In this document: piece by piece, positions 63,081 through 64,000 of the stretch
How positions within the stretch are numbered: the first letter of the stretch is position 1
Layout: each line of letters starts with the position of its first letter
Assembly (NCBI GenBank): GCA_030390025.1
Contig: CM059431.1
Coordinates: forward strand, 138,386,001 to 138,450,000
Direction of reading: 5' to 3'
Origin: Squalus acanthias
Lineage: Eukaryota
DNA: 64,000 nucleotides
The notes under the pieces: generated by a model
The model's input: only the letters and a program-made list of their open reading frames with translations
Database searches by the model: none
Told to the model about the DNA's origin: nothing
Made by a program: the position numbers and the translations under genes

Positions 63081-64000
63081 AAACTCCACCAGTAATGTTA
63101 GATTACGTTCATCACCAGTAATGATAGAGTAGTTTCACCGCTAGTAATGTTAAAGTAGGGTCATCACCAGACAGGTGTCCTCAACATTAAAGCAGGGACA
63201 CCACCAGTAATGTTAGATTAGGATTATCAGCAGTAATTATAGAGTCGAGTCAGAACTAGTGATGTTAGAGTAGGGTCACCACCAGTAATGTTAGAGTAGC
63301 GTACTACCAGTAACGTTGGAATAGGGTCAGCAGCAGTAAAGTTTGAGTAGGATCACCGCCATTAATGTTAGAGTAGAGTCACCTCCATTAATGTTAGATT
63401 ATGGTCACCACAAGCAATGTTACCGTAGAGTCATCAATATTTATGTTAGAGAAGATACTCTACCAGATATGTTAGGTTTTGTTCACCACCAGTAATGTTA
63501 GTGTCGGGTCACCACAAGATATGTTAGATTAGGCACACCACCAGTTAAGCAGGAGTAGGCTCATCATCAGTAATAGTAGAGTAGGATCACCATCAGTAAT
63601 GTTAGAATAGGGTCTTCACCTGTAATGCTAGAGTAGAGTCACCATCAGTAATGATAGAGTAGGGTCAGCACCAGTAATGTTAGAGTAGGGTTACCATAAT
63701 TAATGATACAGTAGGGACATTACCAGTAATGTTAGCGTAGGGTCACCATCAGTAACTTTAGAGTAGGCCCAGCACCTCTCACGTTAGAGATGAGTCATCA
63801 CCGGTCATGTAAGGGTAGGCTTACCACCAGTAATATTAGTGTAGGGTCACCACCAGTAGGTTTGGAGTTGAGTCACCACCAGTAATGATAAAGAGGAGTC
63901 ATCACCAGTATTGTTAGTGTAGGGTCACCAGCAGTAATGTTAGAGTAGAGTCACCACCAGTAATGTTAGAGTACAGTCACCACCAGAAATATTAGTGTAG

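Larger units (their letters stand above)
61308..64000. repeat. 26-bp satellite, block 2 (runs off the window end)
   Basis: Same consensus as 34325-37535; interrupted by a CR1 tail (62245-62495, -) and a Penelope-type fragment. Confidence 0.96.

Overview
Eukaryotic genomic DNA, almost certainly from a cartilaginous fish (shark). The window is dominated by CR1/HER1-type LINEs, HE1-type V-SINEs, Deu-domain SINEs, L2 tails, MITE-like palindromes and several long minisatellites. I could splice by hand a 7-exon + strand gene (9103-23108) with GT-AG boundaries and consistent phases. It encodes a predicted 597-aa secreted protein: signal peptide, transcobalamin/intrinsic-factor/haptocorrin alpha-domain, then a Thr/Ser/Pro-rich mucin-like tandem-repeat tail. 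I found no cobalamin-binding beta-domain exons. The mucin exon appears once to have run to 25870 (about 1,200 codons) and now carries stops and frameshifts, while exons 1-6 are fully open. Downstream, head-to-head, lie decayed copies of two glycan-elongating enzyme genes: GCNT1-like core-2 GlcNAc-transferase fragments (- strand) and a frameshifted B3GALT5-like gene (+ strand). Also seen: two Penelope-type minimal hammerhead ribozyme motifs, a solo LTR with a 4-bp TSD, a Harbinger-like MITE nested in a near full-length CR1, a minisatellite that grew inside a palindromic MITE, two tRNA pseudogenes and an unexplained duplicated segment. Family assignments rest on my recognition of motifs, not on database searches; repeat boundaries are approximate.
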